Assembly: GCA_963830365.1 (NCBI GenBank)
Contig: CAWHMU010000041.1
Location: 43,335 to 107,334 of the forward strand
Length of the DNA: 64,000 nt
Reading direction: 5' to 3'
From: an uncultured Chlamydiae bacterium
GTDB lineage: Bacteria > Chlamydiota > Chlamydiia > Chlamydiales > Parachlamydiaceae
Below are positions 19,660 through 32,451 of this stretch, piece by piece (the stretch's first letter is position 1; each line of letters starts with the position of its first letter). The translations under genes and the position numbers were made by a program. A model generated the notes under the pieces. It was not told where the DNA came from. It saw nothing but the letters and a program-made list of their open reading frames with translations, and did not search any database.

Positions 19660-21474
19660 ATGACGACTCCACGCATTCTGGCATCCCAACTTCAAGATCA
19701 CATCGGACAACAGGTCCGCCTGCGCGGCTGGCTTAACAATATCCGCAGCATGGGCAAGCTCAACTTTCTCATTTTGCGCGACCGCTCAGGGCTGATTCAA
19801 GTCGTGGTGGAATCCAAAGATGAATTGCGCAAAGTCTCGCCACTGCAGCCGGGTGCGATTTTATCCATCAGCGGCAAAGTTGTCGCCACCACCCAGGCCG
19901 GCGGCGGTGTGGAAGTCGTTGAGCCTACCATCACTGTCGAAGTGGCCGTCAAGGAAGTAGCGCCGATAGAATTCTATAAACCTGAAATGGCCAATGATCT
20001 AGAATTTATCCTGGATCACCGTCCCATAGCCTTGCGCAATCGCGAGCTGCAGGCTGTTTTCAAGATCCAGGCCGAAATCGCACATGCCTACCGTCTTTTT
20101 ATGCACGATCAAGTGAGGGCGGTGGAGTATTTTGCCCCGAACCTCATCGGCGCTTCCTCTGAAGGGGGTTCGGAATTCTTTAATGTCGACTATTTCGGCT
20201 ACACCGCCACCTTGGCGCAAAGCAGCCAGCTGTATAAACAGATGATGGTGGGCGTCAATGAGCGCGTGTTTGCACTGATGCCTTTTTTCAGGGCTGAAAA
20301 TTCCAACACGCCACGCCACCTCACTGAAGGCAAGCAGCTGGAATTTGAAATGGGTTTCTTCGACTCGTGGCATGAAATCATGGATATCCAGGAAAATGCC
20401 GTCAAATTCATCATCACCTATCTTCATCAACAATGCCGTGCTGAGATTGAATTGCTAGACAACAAGATCATCAAAGCGCCGGCCGATGTGCCCTTCCCCC
20501 GCCTGACATTTGCCGAAGCGCAAGAGCTGTATTTCAAGCGCACAGGCATCGACGAGCGGCATGAGCCCGATTTGAGCCCCGCAGCTGAAAAGGAGCTTTG
20601 CCAGTATGCCTTTGAAGAGTTTGGCACCGATCTTATCTTTGTGACAGATTGGAAGACGATGAAACGGCCCTTTTATGCCTATCCGATGGATGGGCAGCCC
20701 GAACTGACCAATACCTTCGACCTGCTGTGCGCCGGAACCGAAATCACCTCGGGCGGGCAGCGCCGCCACACCTACGACTCAATGGTCGAAGGCATCATTG
20801 CCAAAGGCATGGATCCGAACAATTTCGGCGACTATTTAAGCATCTTCAAATACGGCATGCCGCCGCATGGAGGCTTTGGCATGGGACTAGAACGCCTTAC
20901 CATGACCATATTGAAGCTTAAGAACATCCGCGAAGTGTCGCTCTTCCCGTCCGATCCCAAGCGCATTGCCAGTAACCGACTGCGCGCCAAGATTTTCTTT
21001 GGCGGCGAAAACATCCGCAATGAGATCATCCGCCTGCTGCGCCAGCAAAGTATCGAATATAAACATTTGTCTCATGCTGAGACAAATACCAGCCTGGATT
21101 CGGCCAATGTGCGCAGCACCCTGATGGAAGAAGGCGTAAAGTCTATCGTCCTGCGCGGCAAGAACACCAAAAAAAACTACCACTTTAATATCCCTTCCCA
21201 CTTGAAATTGGATATGAAGGCCGTGGCAGATGCTGTCGGGGAGAAATGCGAGTTTGAAGATCCAAAAGTCATCGAAGATCGCTTCGGTTTGATTGTCGGC
21301 GGAGTGCCGCCCTTCGGACAGTTGTTGAATCTCGATACCTATTTCGATAGCAAAGTGCTGGCTAACGAACAGTCGGCCTTCAATTGCGGCATGAAGACAG
21401 AATCTATCGTCATGAAATCCAAAGATTTAGTCGCCGTGGTACAACCCAAACTGGGTGATTTCAGTAAAGAATAA
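19660..21474 (+). CDS. aspS: Aspartate--tRNA(Asp/Asn) ligase of the short archaeal/non-discriminating type, fused to a C-terminal YbaK/ProXp-like domain
   Basis: OB fold (FLILRDRSG), LAQSSQLYKQ, FRAENSNTPRHL, EITSGGQR, GMPPHGGFGMGLER; tail GVKSIVL...GGVPPFG...FNCG. Confidence 0.9.
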   Translation: MTTPRILASQLQDHIGQQVRLRGWLNNIRSMGKLNFLILRDRSGLIQVVVESKDELRKVSPLQPGAILSISGKVVATTQAGGGVEVVEPTITVEVAVKEVAPIEFYKPEMANDLEFILDHRPIALRNRELQAVFKIQAEIAHAYRLFMHDQVRAVEYFAPNLIGASSEGGSEFFNVDYFGYTATLAQSSQLYKQMMVGVNERVFALMPFFRAENSNTPRHLTEGKQLEFEMGFFDSWHEIMDIQENAVKFIITYLHQQCRAEIELLDNKIIKAPADVPFPRLTFAEAQELYFKRTGIDERHEPDLSPAAEKELCQYAFEEFGTDLIFVTDWKTMKRPFYAYPMDGQPELTNTFDLLCAGTEITSGGQRRHTYDSMVEGIIAKGMDPNNFGDYLSIFKYGMPPHGGFGMGLERLTMTILKLKNIREVSLFPSDPKRIASNRLRAKIFFGGENIRNEIIRLLRQQSIEYKHLSHAETNTSLDSANVRSTLMEEGVKSIVLRGKNTKKNYHFNIPSHLKLDMKAVADAVGEKCEFEDPKVIEDRFGLIVGGVPPFGQLLNLDTYFDSKVLANEQSAFNCGMKTESIVMKSKDLVAVVQPKLGDFSKE

Positions 21475-21534
21475 GCGAGAGAATTCACTAGATTTTGTCG
21501 TTACATTTGCTTCGCCAGGCTTCTGTGAGTCCGA

Positions 21535-21820
21535 TTCAACGCAAAGCACGCAAAGGGAGTAAGCAGTAAAATCAAAGAACAGCATAGGCTTATCTGATTG
21601 CTCTTCTCTGTGTGCTCCGTGCCTCTGTGTTAAATTTATAAAGATAGAGACACGGAGAACACAGAGAGTTTTTGACCCGTGAAGTGAACAGGAACTAGTG
21701 CCTTGGAGTCTGCTTCTTGCTAAGGCTGTATTTATCCTGTCTATCTTGCTAATCCTGTTTTTTGTTTTTGCTGCTTGTTCTCTTTGCGCCTCTGCGCCTC
21801 TTGGCTGTTCCGCTCTGCGT
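21535..21820. repeat. Cluster of family D / ATCCTGT REP-like units in the aspS-ispH spacer
   Basis: CTCTGTGTGCTCCGTGCCTCTGTG / AGAGACACGGAGAACACAGAGAG inverted pair, TATCCTGTCTATC and CTCTGCG units. Confidence 0.65.
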
Positions 21821-21956
21821 TGATTTTTTGTATACAAGCAAGATTGAAAGTTTTTATACTACGACCCAGTTCGGCAAAATTCTGCGTATTTTTGCTTCCC
21901 TCTTTGTTTTCTTTTCATTATGATTAGCCTTTGTTTCAGGATTATGGAGAATTTGG

Positions 21957-22910
21957 ATGAAAAAATTACTCTTATCTAAGCCGCGCGGGTTTTGCGCCGG
22001 CGTGGACAGAGCCATCGAGACCGTCGAAAAAGCCCTTAAGATATGGGGTGCGCCCATCTACGTCAAACATGAAATCGTGCACAACAAATATGTCGTCGAC
22101 GACCTGAAAGCCAAAGGCGCAATTTTTATCGAAGATCTCAATGATGTGCCCGTTGGCGCGCGACTCATCTACTCTGCCCATGGCGTCTCGCCGGTAGTGC
22201 GCGAGCACGCCAAACAGCGGCAGCTGATCGAAATCGATGCCACCTGCGGCCTGGTCACACGCGTCCATTCGGCCGTCAAACGCTTTGCCGCCCAAGGCTA
22301 TCAGATCATTTTGATCGGACATCGCCACCATGTAGAAATCATCGGCACCGCCGGTGAAGCTCCTGACATGACCACCATCGTGGAATCCGTTGAAGACGTG
22401 TCCACGCTGACATTCTCGCAAACGGAAAAACTTTTCTATATCACACAGACAACACTTAGCCTTGACGATGTCAAAGATATCACCACAGCGCTTAGCGCCA
22501 AATATCCGCAAGTTGAAACGCTGCCCAGCTCGTCGATATGTTATGCGACGACAAATCGGCAGATGGCGCTTAGGGAAATTACCGATCAGACAGATTTAGT
22601 ATTGGTTGTAGGCGATGCCCAGAGTTCAAATTCAAACAGGCTGCGCGAAGTGGCCTCCAAACGCGGCATCGCATCATATCTAATCAATAATGAGAAAGAG
22701 ATCAACCCTGAGTGGGTAGCTCCTGCCTCAACTATCGGTCTGACAGCCGGCGCCTCAACGCCTGAAGCTATCGTACAACGCTGTATAGAGCGCTTGATTG
22801 CACTTGGCGTGACAGTGGTGGAAGATGTTGTTTATACAGAGGAAGCTGTCGTTTTCCAGCTGCCCAAACAAATTTTGAATGCCTCCTTTGGCACAGTGGC
22901 TGCAATTTAA
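21957..22910 (+). CDS. ispH: 4-hydroxy-3-methylbut-2-enyl diphosphate reductase
   Basis: PRGFCAGV, HEIVHN, SAHGV, IDATC, TQTTLS, ICYATTNRQ, SSNS, TAGASTP. Confidence 0.97.
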   Translation: MKKLLLSKPRGFCAGVDRAIETVEKALKIWGAPIYVKHEIVHNKYVVDDLKAKGAIFIEDLNDVPVGARLIYSAHGVSPVVREHAKQRQLIEIDATCGLVTRVHSAVKRFAAQGYQIILIGHRHHVEIIGTAGEAPDMTTIVESVEDVSTLTFSQTEKLFYITQTTLSLDDVKDITTALSAKYPQVETLPSSSICYATTNRQMALREITDQTDLVLVVGDAQSSNSNRLREVASKRGIASYLINNEKEINPEWVAPASTIGLTAGASTPEAIVQRCIERLIALGVTVVEDVVYTEEAVVFQLPKQILNASFGTVAAI

Positions 22911-22947
22911 GGTGCTAAGTACTAAATAATCGAGTGAAAGGACAAAT

Positions 22948-23916
22948 ATGCGTAAATTTATTCTGTCGTTATCTGTAGGTGTGCTGGCAAGTGCAGGGTT
23001 AATGGCTGCATGGTGCGATAGCAATAGCTGCGCCAACCCTATGGAGTCGCACAAATGGCCGTCGCCCGTCAACATCGATATCGGTATAGGCTACCGCCAA
23101 GATAAATTCGATTGGAGCATTGGCGGTTTTGAGGGCGTGCCGAGTGTTTTATCCGAACTCCAATGGAAAGACTTACGTATCGTTCAGGTTGATGGCTATG
23201 CCAGCTATACCTCTTGCGCCAACTACGCGGTGCGCGTTTCAGGAGACTATGGGAATATCTATCATGGCAGAAATCGAGATGCCGACTTTCTCGGCAACGA
23301 CAAAACGCAGCCTTTCTCGATTTCCAGCAACAATGCGGGCAAGGGCGATGTCTATGACATTGAAGCCGGTGTCGGTTATCGCGTCACTTCGACCTGCGGG
23401 CGTTTCATCGCCACGCCTCTAGTCGGGTGGTCCTACCACGGACAAAATCTGCATATGTATGACGGCAAGCAAGTGTTTGATTTGCTAGCGCCATTGGAAG
23501 AAGGTCCTATCACCGGCCTGGACAGCTCCTATAAGACGCGCTGGTTCGGCCCTTGGGTGGGAATGGATTTCAGCGTGCGTGTCGAACGCTGCGCCTATGT
23601 CTTTGGCAGTTTCGAATGGCATATCGTCAGTTACCGCGGCACCGGACGCTGGAACCTGCGGCAGGATATCGTAGGCCCATTCCATCACCAGGCGCATGGC
23701 TTCGGCTATATCGCCACTTTGGGCGGCAAATGGGAAATCTGGGACAACTGGTCCATCGGCGTAGCCGGCTCCTACCGCAATATCAGATCGCGCCATGGCC
23801 ATGAAAGATTATCTCTGCGCGATCCTGATTTCGGCGAAATTGACGTAAGGCTGCCCTTCAACGGTGCCAAATGGAAATCTCTTTCCGTTTCCGGCATTGT
23901 GGCCTATCGCTTTTAA
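22948..23916 (+). CDS. Outer-membrane beta-barrel protein, omptin-like
   Basis: Signal peptide, alternating amphipathic strands, SELQW and DADF motifs, C-terminal YRF. Confidence 0.7.
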   Translation: MRKFILSLSVGVLASAGLMAAWCDSNSCANPMESHKWPSPVNIDIGIGYRQDKFDWSIGGFEGVPSVLSELQWKDLRIVQVDGYASYTSCANYAVRVSGDYGNIYHGRNRDADFLGNDKTQPFSISSNNAGKGDVYDIEAGVGYRVTSTCGRFIATPLVGWSYHGQNLHMYDGKQVFDLLAPLEEGPITGLDSSYKTRWFGPWVGMDFSVRVERCAYVFGSFEWHIVSYRGTGRWNLRQDIVGPFHHQAHGFGYIATLGGKWEIWDNWSIGVAGSYRNIRSRHGHERLSLRDPDFGEIDVRLPFNGAKWKSLSVSGIVAYRF

Positions 23917-24031
23917 GGTATTTACGTACCGAGAATTTATTTTAAAAGACTGGCGAAAAAGTTCCTAAAAAGACTTGCTGATCAGTCCCTAAATATGATA
24001 TTCTGAATGCTTATTTACGGGGATTTCTCCT

Positions 24032-24370
24032 TTGCGAAAAACAAGCTTGCGCAGGCCTAAGAACTATGATGGCACGGGCGTTACTTCCCATAAGGTCAGT
24101 GACCTATTGGGAGCCGTGCTGGCAAAGATCAGCAATGTGTATCAGGAGAGGCCGGACCTGCTTTTGGCGGCTTGGCCGGACATCATCGGGCCCAAGCTTG
24201 CGCCGATGACGCAGGCCGTTTCCCTGATTGATGGCGTGCTGACAGTAAAGGTGAAGAATTCCACCCTGCATAGCCTCTTAAGCCGCCACGATAAGTATCG
24301 CATCCTGGCGTCCATTCAACATAGATTTCCTAAGGCTGGTGTCCAAAATATCAATTTCAGGATCGCTTAG
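24032..24370 (+). CDS. DUF721/DciA-family protein
   Basis: AAWPDIIG...LIDGVLTVKV motif; directly upstream of gyrB as in Chlamydiae. Confidence 0.85.
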   Translation: MRKTSLRRPKNYDGTGVTSHKVSDLLGAVLAKISNVYQERPDLLLAAWPDIIGPKLAPMTQAVSLIDGVLTVKVKNSTLHSLLSRHDKYRILASIQHRFPKAGVQNINFRIA

Positions 24371-24402
24371 GGTGGATATGAAACAATTATTGACTTTTAT
24401 GA

Positions 24403-26942
<2,540 letters not shown>

Positions 26943-26953
26943 AAGGAAATAAT

Positions 26954-29578
26954 ATGCATCATACACGCCTAACGAGAATCATTGTTTCACGCAACGTCGA
27001 AGATGAGATGAAGGAAAGCTATCTTCGCTATTCGATGTCGGTAATCATTGCTCGCGCCTTGCCCGATGTGCGCGATGGATTAAAACCCTCGCAAAGACGT
27101 ATTCTTTTCGCGATGCGCCAGCTGAACCTGTCGCCCGGCGGCAAGCACCGTAAGTGCGCCAAAATTTCCGGCGATACCTCCGGCGATTACCACCCGCACG
27201 GCGAACAGGTGATCTATCCCACCCTGGTGCGTATGGCCCAGCCTTGGGCAATGCGCTATACGCTTGTCGATGGTCAGGGTAACTTCGGTTCGGTGGATGG
27301 CGATCCGCCAGCTGCCATGCGTTATACCGAAGCCCGCTTGACACATGCTGCCATGCATCTGATGGAAGATCTCGACAAAGACACCGTCGATATGGTTCCC
27401 AACTACGACGAAACAAAGAAAGAGCCAACAGTATTTCCAGCCAAATTTCCCAACTTGCTTTGCAACGGCTCATCTGGCATCGCTGTGGGTATGGCGACGA
27501 ATATCCCCCCGCATAATCTGCCGGAACTGATCAAAGCCACAATACTGATTCTGGACAACCGCGACACGACGGTTGACGAGATCATGAAGGTGATGCCAGG
27601 CCCCGACTTCCCCACTGGCGGTATCATCTGCGGTTATCGCGGCATCAAAGAGGCCTACCATACCGGACGCGGCAAGCTCATCCTGCGGGGTGTATTGCGT
27701 ACCGAGGAGTATGAAAACGAACGGCAGCGCATCGTCATTGATGAGCTTCCCTATAATGTCAATAAAGCCAATCTCATCAAAGCCATTGCCGATCTGATCA
27801 ATAGCAAGACGATCACCGGCATCTCCGATCTGCGCGATGAATCGGATAAAGACGGCCTGCGCATTGTCATCGAGCTTAAGCGCAATGAAATTCCCGAGGT
27901 CACCATCAATCAGCTGTATAAATTCACTGATATGGAAGTGACCTTCGGCTGCAATATGCTGGCGCTGGACAAAGGGCTGCCGCGCATCATGAATATCAAG
28001 TATTTCATTACGGCTTGGATCGACCACCGCATCATCGTCGTGCGCCGCCGCGTACGCTTCGAACTCAATAAAGCCGAAGCTCGTGCGCATGTGCTGGAAG
28101 GTTATCTGAAGGCCATCGACCACCTCGATGAGGTGGTGCGTCTCATTCGTGCCAGCAACAACCGCGATGAAGCGCGCAAAGAACTGGTCGAACGCTTCCA
28201 GTTCACCGAGCGCCAGGCCCATGCCGTCCTCGATCTGCGCCTCTACCAACTGACCGGTCTTGAGCGCGATAAGATCAACGACGAATACCAAGAGCTGCTG
28301 AAAAAGATTGACTACTACCGTGCTGTACTGGCCGATGAATCGATGGTGCGCGATATCATCCGTGAAGAGCTTGCCGATGTGCTGAAAGGGTATAAAGGCG
28401 AACGGCGTACCCAGATTGTGGCTGCCGAAAGCGAAGTCAATATGGAAGATCTGATCGCCAATGAGCAGGTCATCATCACCATTTCAGAAGACGATTATAT
28501 CAAGCGCATGCCTATCGACACCTTCAGGGAACAACGCCGCGGCGGCCAAGGGGTCACCGGCATCTCCATGAAGCGCGAAGACGATGCCATCAAGGGGCTG
28601 TATGTAGCTTCGACGCATGACTATCTGCTGATATTCACCAATCTTGGACGCTGCTACTGGCTTAAAGTATGGCAAATTCCTGAAATCGGCAGAAAATCCA
28701 AAGGCAAACCGCTCGTCAATTTACTGGAAGATATCCGCCCCGATGAGAAAATCGCCACCACCCTGCGCGTGTCTTCGTTCAACGAAGAAGCATGTATCCT
28801 CATGGCCACACGCAAAGGCGTGGTCAAGAAGACGTTGCTCAGCGAATTCAGCAATCCTCGCCGTAAAGGCATATGGGCGCTTGATATCGACGAGGGCGAC
28901 GAGGTTATGGCCGCCCGCCTGGTAAAACCAACTCAGCAGGTGATGCTATTTACATTCAACGGCATGGCTGTGCGCTTTGATGAAAACAACGTGCGCCCGA
29001 TGGGACGCATGGCCCGCGGTGTCAAAGGTGTCACACTGCGCAGCGAAGGCGACTTCATCGTAGGCTGCGAAGTAGTCAACGGCGATGAGGCCATTCTCGT
29101 CGTCTGCGAAAATGGCTTCGGCAAGCGTTCCTATGTGGAAGACTTCCGCCAAACCAATCGCGGCGGTGTTGGCGTGCGCTCGATCATTACCAGCGAACGC
29201 AATGGCAATGTCGTTGGCGCGCTGTGCGTCACGGATAACGACGGCATGGTGATGATCTCCTCATCCGGCCAGACGGTGCGTATCACCATGCGCGATCTAA
29301 GGGTGATGGGACGCAACACGCAAGGTGTGAAATTGGTCAACTTGCGTGAAGGTGACTCCCTCGTTGCCATCCAGAAGATTGAAGATACTGGCGCAGATGT
29401 CGCCGTCTTGCCAAACGGCGAAGTAGCGCATGCTAACGGGGCGACACTACCTGTAGCCGATGCATCAGCGGCAGATATCTCAGCGGCAGATATCAATGAG
29501 ACGCCAGCCGACAGCGGCGAAGCTGATAATGAAGAAGGGCTGCAAGAGAGCAATGTGACGGACGATGAGCAAGGCTAA
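26954..29578 (+). CDS. gyrA: DNA gyrase subunit A
   Basis: RALPDVRDGLKP, YHPHG, AAMRYTEAR, GyrA box QRRGGQG; the first codons may carry an indel. Confidence 0.97.
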   Translation: MHHTRLTRIIVSRNVEDEMKESYLRYSMSVIIARALPDVRDGLKPSQRRILFAMRQLNLSPGGKHRKCAKISGDTSGDYHPHGEQVIYPTLVRMAQPWAMRYTLVDGQGNFGSVDGDPPAAMRYTEARLTHAAMHLMEDLDKDTVDMVPNYDETKKEPTVFPAKFPNLLCNGSSGIAVGMATNIPPHNLPELIKATILILDNRDTTVDEIMKVMPGPDFPTGGIICGYRGIKEAYHTGRGKLILRGVLRTEEYENERQRIVIDELPYNVNKANLIKAIADLINSKTITGISDLRDESDKDGLRIVIELKRNEIPEVTINQLYKFTDMEVTFGCNMLALDKGLPRIMNIKYFITAWIDHRIIVVRRRVRFELNKAEARAHVLEGYLKAIDHLDEVVRLIRASNNRDEARKELVERFQFTERQAHAVLDLRLYQLTGLERDKINDEYQELLKKIDYYRAVLADESMVRDIIREELADVLKGYKGERRTQIVAAESEVNMEDLIANEQVIITISEDDYIKRMPIDTFREQRRGGQGVTGISMKREDDAIKGLYVASTHDYLLIFTNLGRCYWLKVWQIPEIGRKSKGKPLVNLLEDIRPDEKIATTLRVSSFNEEACILMATRKGVVKKTLLSEFSNPRRKGIWALDIDEGDEVMAARLVKPTQQVMLFTFNGMAVRFDENNVRPMGRMARGVKGVTLRSEGDFIVGCEVVNGDEAILVVCENGFGKRSYVEDFRQTNRGGVGVRSIITSERNGNVVGALCVTDNDGMVMISSSGQTVRITMRDLRVMGRNTQGVKLVNLREGDSLVAIQKIEDTGADVAVLPNGEVAHANGATLPVADASAADISAADINETPADSGEADNEEGLQESNVTDDEQG

Positions 29579-30233
29579 AGCCAGCACCCCTGTGCGATTC
29601 ATTTCGGTCGAGGGCGGCGAAGGGGCCGGCAAGACAACGCTTATCGGTCATCTGGAAAGAACGCTCGGCGCGCGCGGCATCACAGTGGTGAAAACGCGCG
29701 AGCCGGGTGGCACTGAACTCGGCAATCAAATCCGTGCTTGGCTGCTGACGCGCAGTGCTACGATGAAAATCGATGCTAAAGCTGAGTTGCTGCTATTTCT
29801 TGCCGCTCGTGCCCAGCACATCGAAGAGGTCATCCAGCCGGCGCTTGCCGCCGGCAAAGTCGTGATCTGCGATCGTTATAACGATTCCACCATCGCCTAT
29901 CAAGGCGCTGGCCGCGGCCTTGGTGTTGATTGGGTGCGCAATTTGTGCCTCAATATCTGCGGACAAGTTGTGCCGGATCTAACCTTTTATCTCGATGTCA
30001 ATCCCACCACGGGCCTTAATCGCACCCGCAGGGCAACCAAGGAAAATGCCCGGGCTGGCGAAGTCGACCGCATCGAAGCCGAAAAAAAAGACTTCCACGA
30101 GCGCATTCGCACGGCTTTTGTGCATTTTGCCAAGGCCGAGCCCGAGCGCTTCTGCCTCATCGATGCCAACCAGCCCCAAAGGCTTGTGATCGACCGGGCA
30201 AAGGCTATCCTTGAGATGCACTTCCATGTTTGA
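29565..30233 (+). CDS. tmk: Thymidylate kinase
   Basis: FISVEGGEGAGKTT, TREPGGT, DRYNDSTIAYQG. Confidence 0.96.
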   Translation: MSKAKASTPVRFISVEGGEGAGKTTLIGHLERTLGARGITVVKTREPGGTELGNQIRAWLLTRSATMKIDAKAELLLFLAARAQHIEEVIQPALAAGKVVICDRYNDSTIAYQGAGRGLGVDWVRNLCLNICGQVVPDLTFYLDVNPTTGLNRTRRATKENARAGEVDRIEAEKKDFHERIRTAFVHFAKAEPERFCLIDANQPQRLVIDRAKAILEMHFHV

Positions 30234-31323
30234 ACATATCATCGGCAATGAACAGGCAAAAGACTATTTGACGCGCACGGCTAAAAAGGGGACCGTTGGC
30301 AATTCGCTGCTCTTTGCCGGACCTGATGGCATCGGTAAAAGCCTTTTTGCCGAAGCTTTTGCCAAGCTGCTGATCTGCCAGCACGACCCCCAGCTAATCC
30401 ATAAGCATAAAATCCAAGCCGGCAACCATCCAGACATCCGCATCTACCGTCCCGAGGGCAAAGTCGGTATGCACAGCATCGCCGCCATGCGCCAATTCAG
30501 CGAAGATGTCTACCTCGCCCCATGCGAAAGCAAATGGAAGGTCTTCATCATCCATGATGCCGACCGCATGCTCAGCTATAGTGCTAATGCCTTGCTGAAG
30601 ACCTTCGAAGAACCGGCCCAGGATGCCATCATTATCATGCTGTCGAACTCTCCATCAGCCCTGCTGCCTACAGTCTTTTCCCGCTGCCGCCCCCTATATT
30701 TCCAGCCGCTGGCCGAAGACGAAATCACATCGTTCATCATGCAGCGCTGTGCCATTAGTGCTGAAGAGGCCGGCAAGGTCGCAATGATGGCTCAAGGTTC
30801 CATTGGAAAAGCCTTGCGCTTGGTCGGCGATGGCGCAAATCCGCTGCGGGCTGTCGTGTTGGATCTTTTGGCAAAGCGCGGTCTTGCCAACTACAAGCTG
30901 CTGGCAGGAGCGGCGGCGGTTTTAGCCGGTCATATTGAAGGCAGCAAGAAGGAAATCGAAAAGGATGCGCGCACCACCCTTTTGCATGGTGCCAAAGAAG
31001 ATCTCTCGGCCGCCCAGAAGCAAACCCTTGAAAAGGAAGTCGAAGGGGCCGTTGCCATGTATGCCACGCAGGAAGCAAGAGCTCTTTTCGATGTCATCTT
31101 GGCCTGGTACCGCGATTTGCAGCTATTGCGCGTAAACGGGGACTATAAACACCTCATGCATCGCGATTATAGCGAAGCCTGCAAGCAAGCCCTGGAAAGC
31201 GGAAACATCCTACCCCTTGAAGCTGTCCAAAAAGCCGTGGCCGAAGCGCGCCTTTCGCTGGAACGCTCGACTTCGCTGCAGATCTGCTTTGAAAACCTTT
31301 TCCTCAAGCTCAATCCCTTGTAG
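30226..31323 (+). CDS. holB: DNA polymerase III subunit delta'
   Basis: LLFAGPDGIGK, HPD, ANALLKTFEEP, SRC; follows tmk. Confidence 0.92.
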   Translation: MFEHIIGNEQAKDYLTRTAKKGTVGNSLLFAGPDGIGKSLFAEAFAKLLICQHDPQLIHKHKIQAGNHPDIRIYRPEGKVGMHSIAAMRQFSEDVYLAPCESKWKVFIIHDADRMLSYSANALLKTFEEPAQDAIIIMLSNSPSALLPTVFSRCRPLYFQPLAEDEITSFIMQRCAISAEEAGKVAMMAQGSIGKALRLVGDGANPLRAVVLDLLAKRGLANYKLLAGAAAVLAGHIEGSKKEIEKDARTTLLHGAKEDLSAAQKQTLEKEVEGAVAMYATQEARALFDVILAWYRDLQLLRVNGDYKHLMHRDYSEACKQALESGNILPLEAVQKAVAEARLSLERSTSLQICFENLFLKLNPL

Positions 31324-31452
31324 TGTGTCCCATTTAGGCCTGTTCTTCAGGGACGTGAAATGACCGTCCGTTTCGTTCCTTCCACGGAATGACATTTTCT
31401 ATACAACGGTCCTAAGTTGTCGGATGAAGCAAAAGAATAACAGGATAATAAT

Positions 31453-31561
31453 GGGGTCAGGCTTGGTGTTTTGGTATTTGTTTGAAAGACGAATACCAGA
31501 ATACCAAGCCTGACCCCAAATTCTGACCCCAATTTCAATTTCTGAGCCTAATTTTGACCCC
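31453..31561. repeat. Family E palindrome GGGGTCAGGCTTGG...CCAAGCCTGACCCC with extra TGACCCC units
   Basis: Inverted pair visible in sequence; further half copy at 38408-38421. Confidence 0.8.
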
Positions 31562-31720
31562 AATTTCTAGATCCTGGTATACCCACTATCTGGGCGAAAA
31601 GGCGCAAAGAAAGGCAAGGCAATGGGCAAGTTTGTTTGTGCTGCTTGTTCCTTTGCGCATGTAACTGCAAGGGTGTTCTAATTTTGGGCGTCAATTAGAT
31701 AGGCATGGTTTTTCTATCCT

Positions 31721-32314
31721 TTAGCTCGAGATTCCTGTGTAGGCTGTATAAGCCAGTGGGATAAATGATGCGGCAAAGGTTGCTATTGTGGCAGCACAAG
31801 CCAGTTTGCCTGCAATTCCATTCTCTGGAGTGGATTGGTAGATGGCGCAAGCCGCCTTATATCCGGCTGCAATAAAACCCAATGATCCGGCCACCATCAT
31901 CGAAGTTGTCGAGCTAAAGACTGTATATGCTAATGGCAGGCACGATGCGGCCAAAGTCGTTGTGGCGGCAATAGTTTTAATATTTTTAGCGGTTTTGTAG
32001 GCTTTATCTATATTCCACCCGTATTTTAACCATAATTTATCGGAGATTTTATTCTCTAATGCCGAGTGATAGATGCCGCATCCCGCCTTATATCCCAAGA
32101 CGGCACACCCGACGGATCCGGCTACCATAGCCGATGTCTTGGCGACAGAAGAGACAATCGCAGTCGTTGTGCCGATAACGGCGCCGGTTAGTCCTTGCCC
32201 TTGAGCCAAAAGAGAGGTAGCAAAGACTAAAGTTTCTGCTGTTTTATTTCTAACCAAAGAATTATTGGACATCAGGTCATTAGCTAACCAAGAGACTGGA
32301 TTTAAGTTTAACAT
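31721..32314 (-). CDS. Hydrophobic hypothetical membrane protein with an internal duplication
   Basis: MVAGSVGCAVLGYKAGCGIYHSALENKI repeated as MVAGSLGFIAAGYKAACAIYQSTPENGI; PLAYT occurs twice; AGGAG RBS. Confidence 0.65.
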   Translation of the reverse strand: MLNLNPVSWLANDLMSNNSLVRNKTAETLVFATSLLAQGQGLTGAVIGTTTAIVSSVAKTSAMVAGSVGCAVLGYKAGCGIYHSALENKISDKLWLKYGWNIDKAYKTAKNIKTIAATTTLAASCLPLAYTVFSSTTSMMVAGSLGFIAAGYKAACAIYQSTPENGIAGKLACAATIATFAASFIPLAYTAYTGISS

Positions 32315-32451
32315 GTTCTCTCCTTTATTATTTACGGTTTATAGTAATTATAATTTAGATGTATTAGTATTTAATTAAGGTCTTGTAGATTTTCTGTTAA
32401 AGAAGTTGGATAATGAAAATCAGGGACAAAGGATAGGATAGGGGGTCTGAC

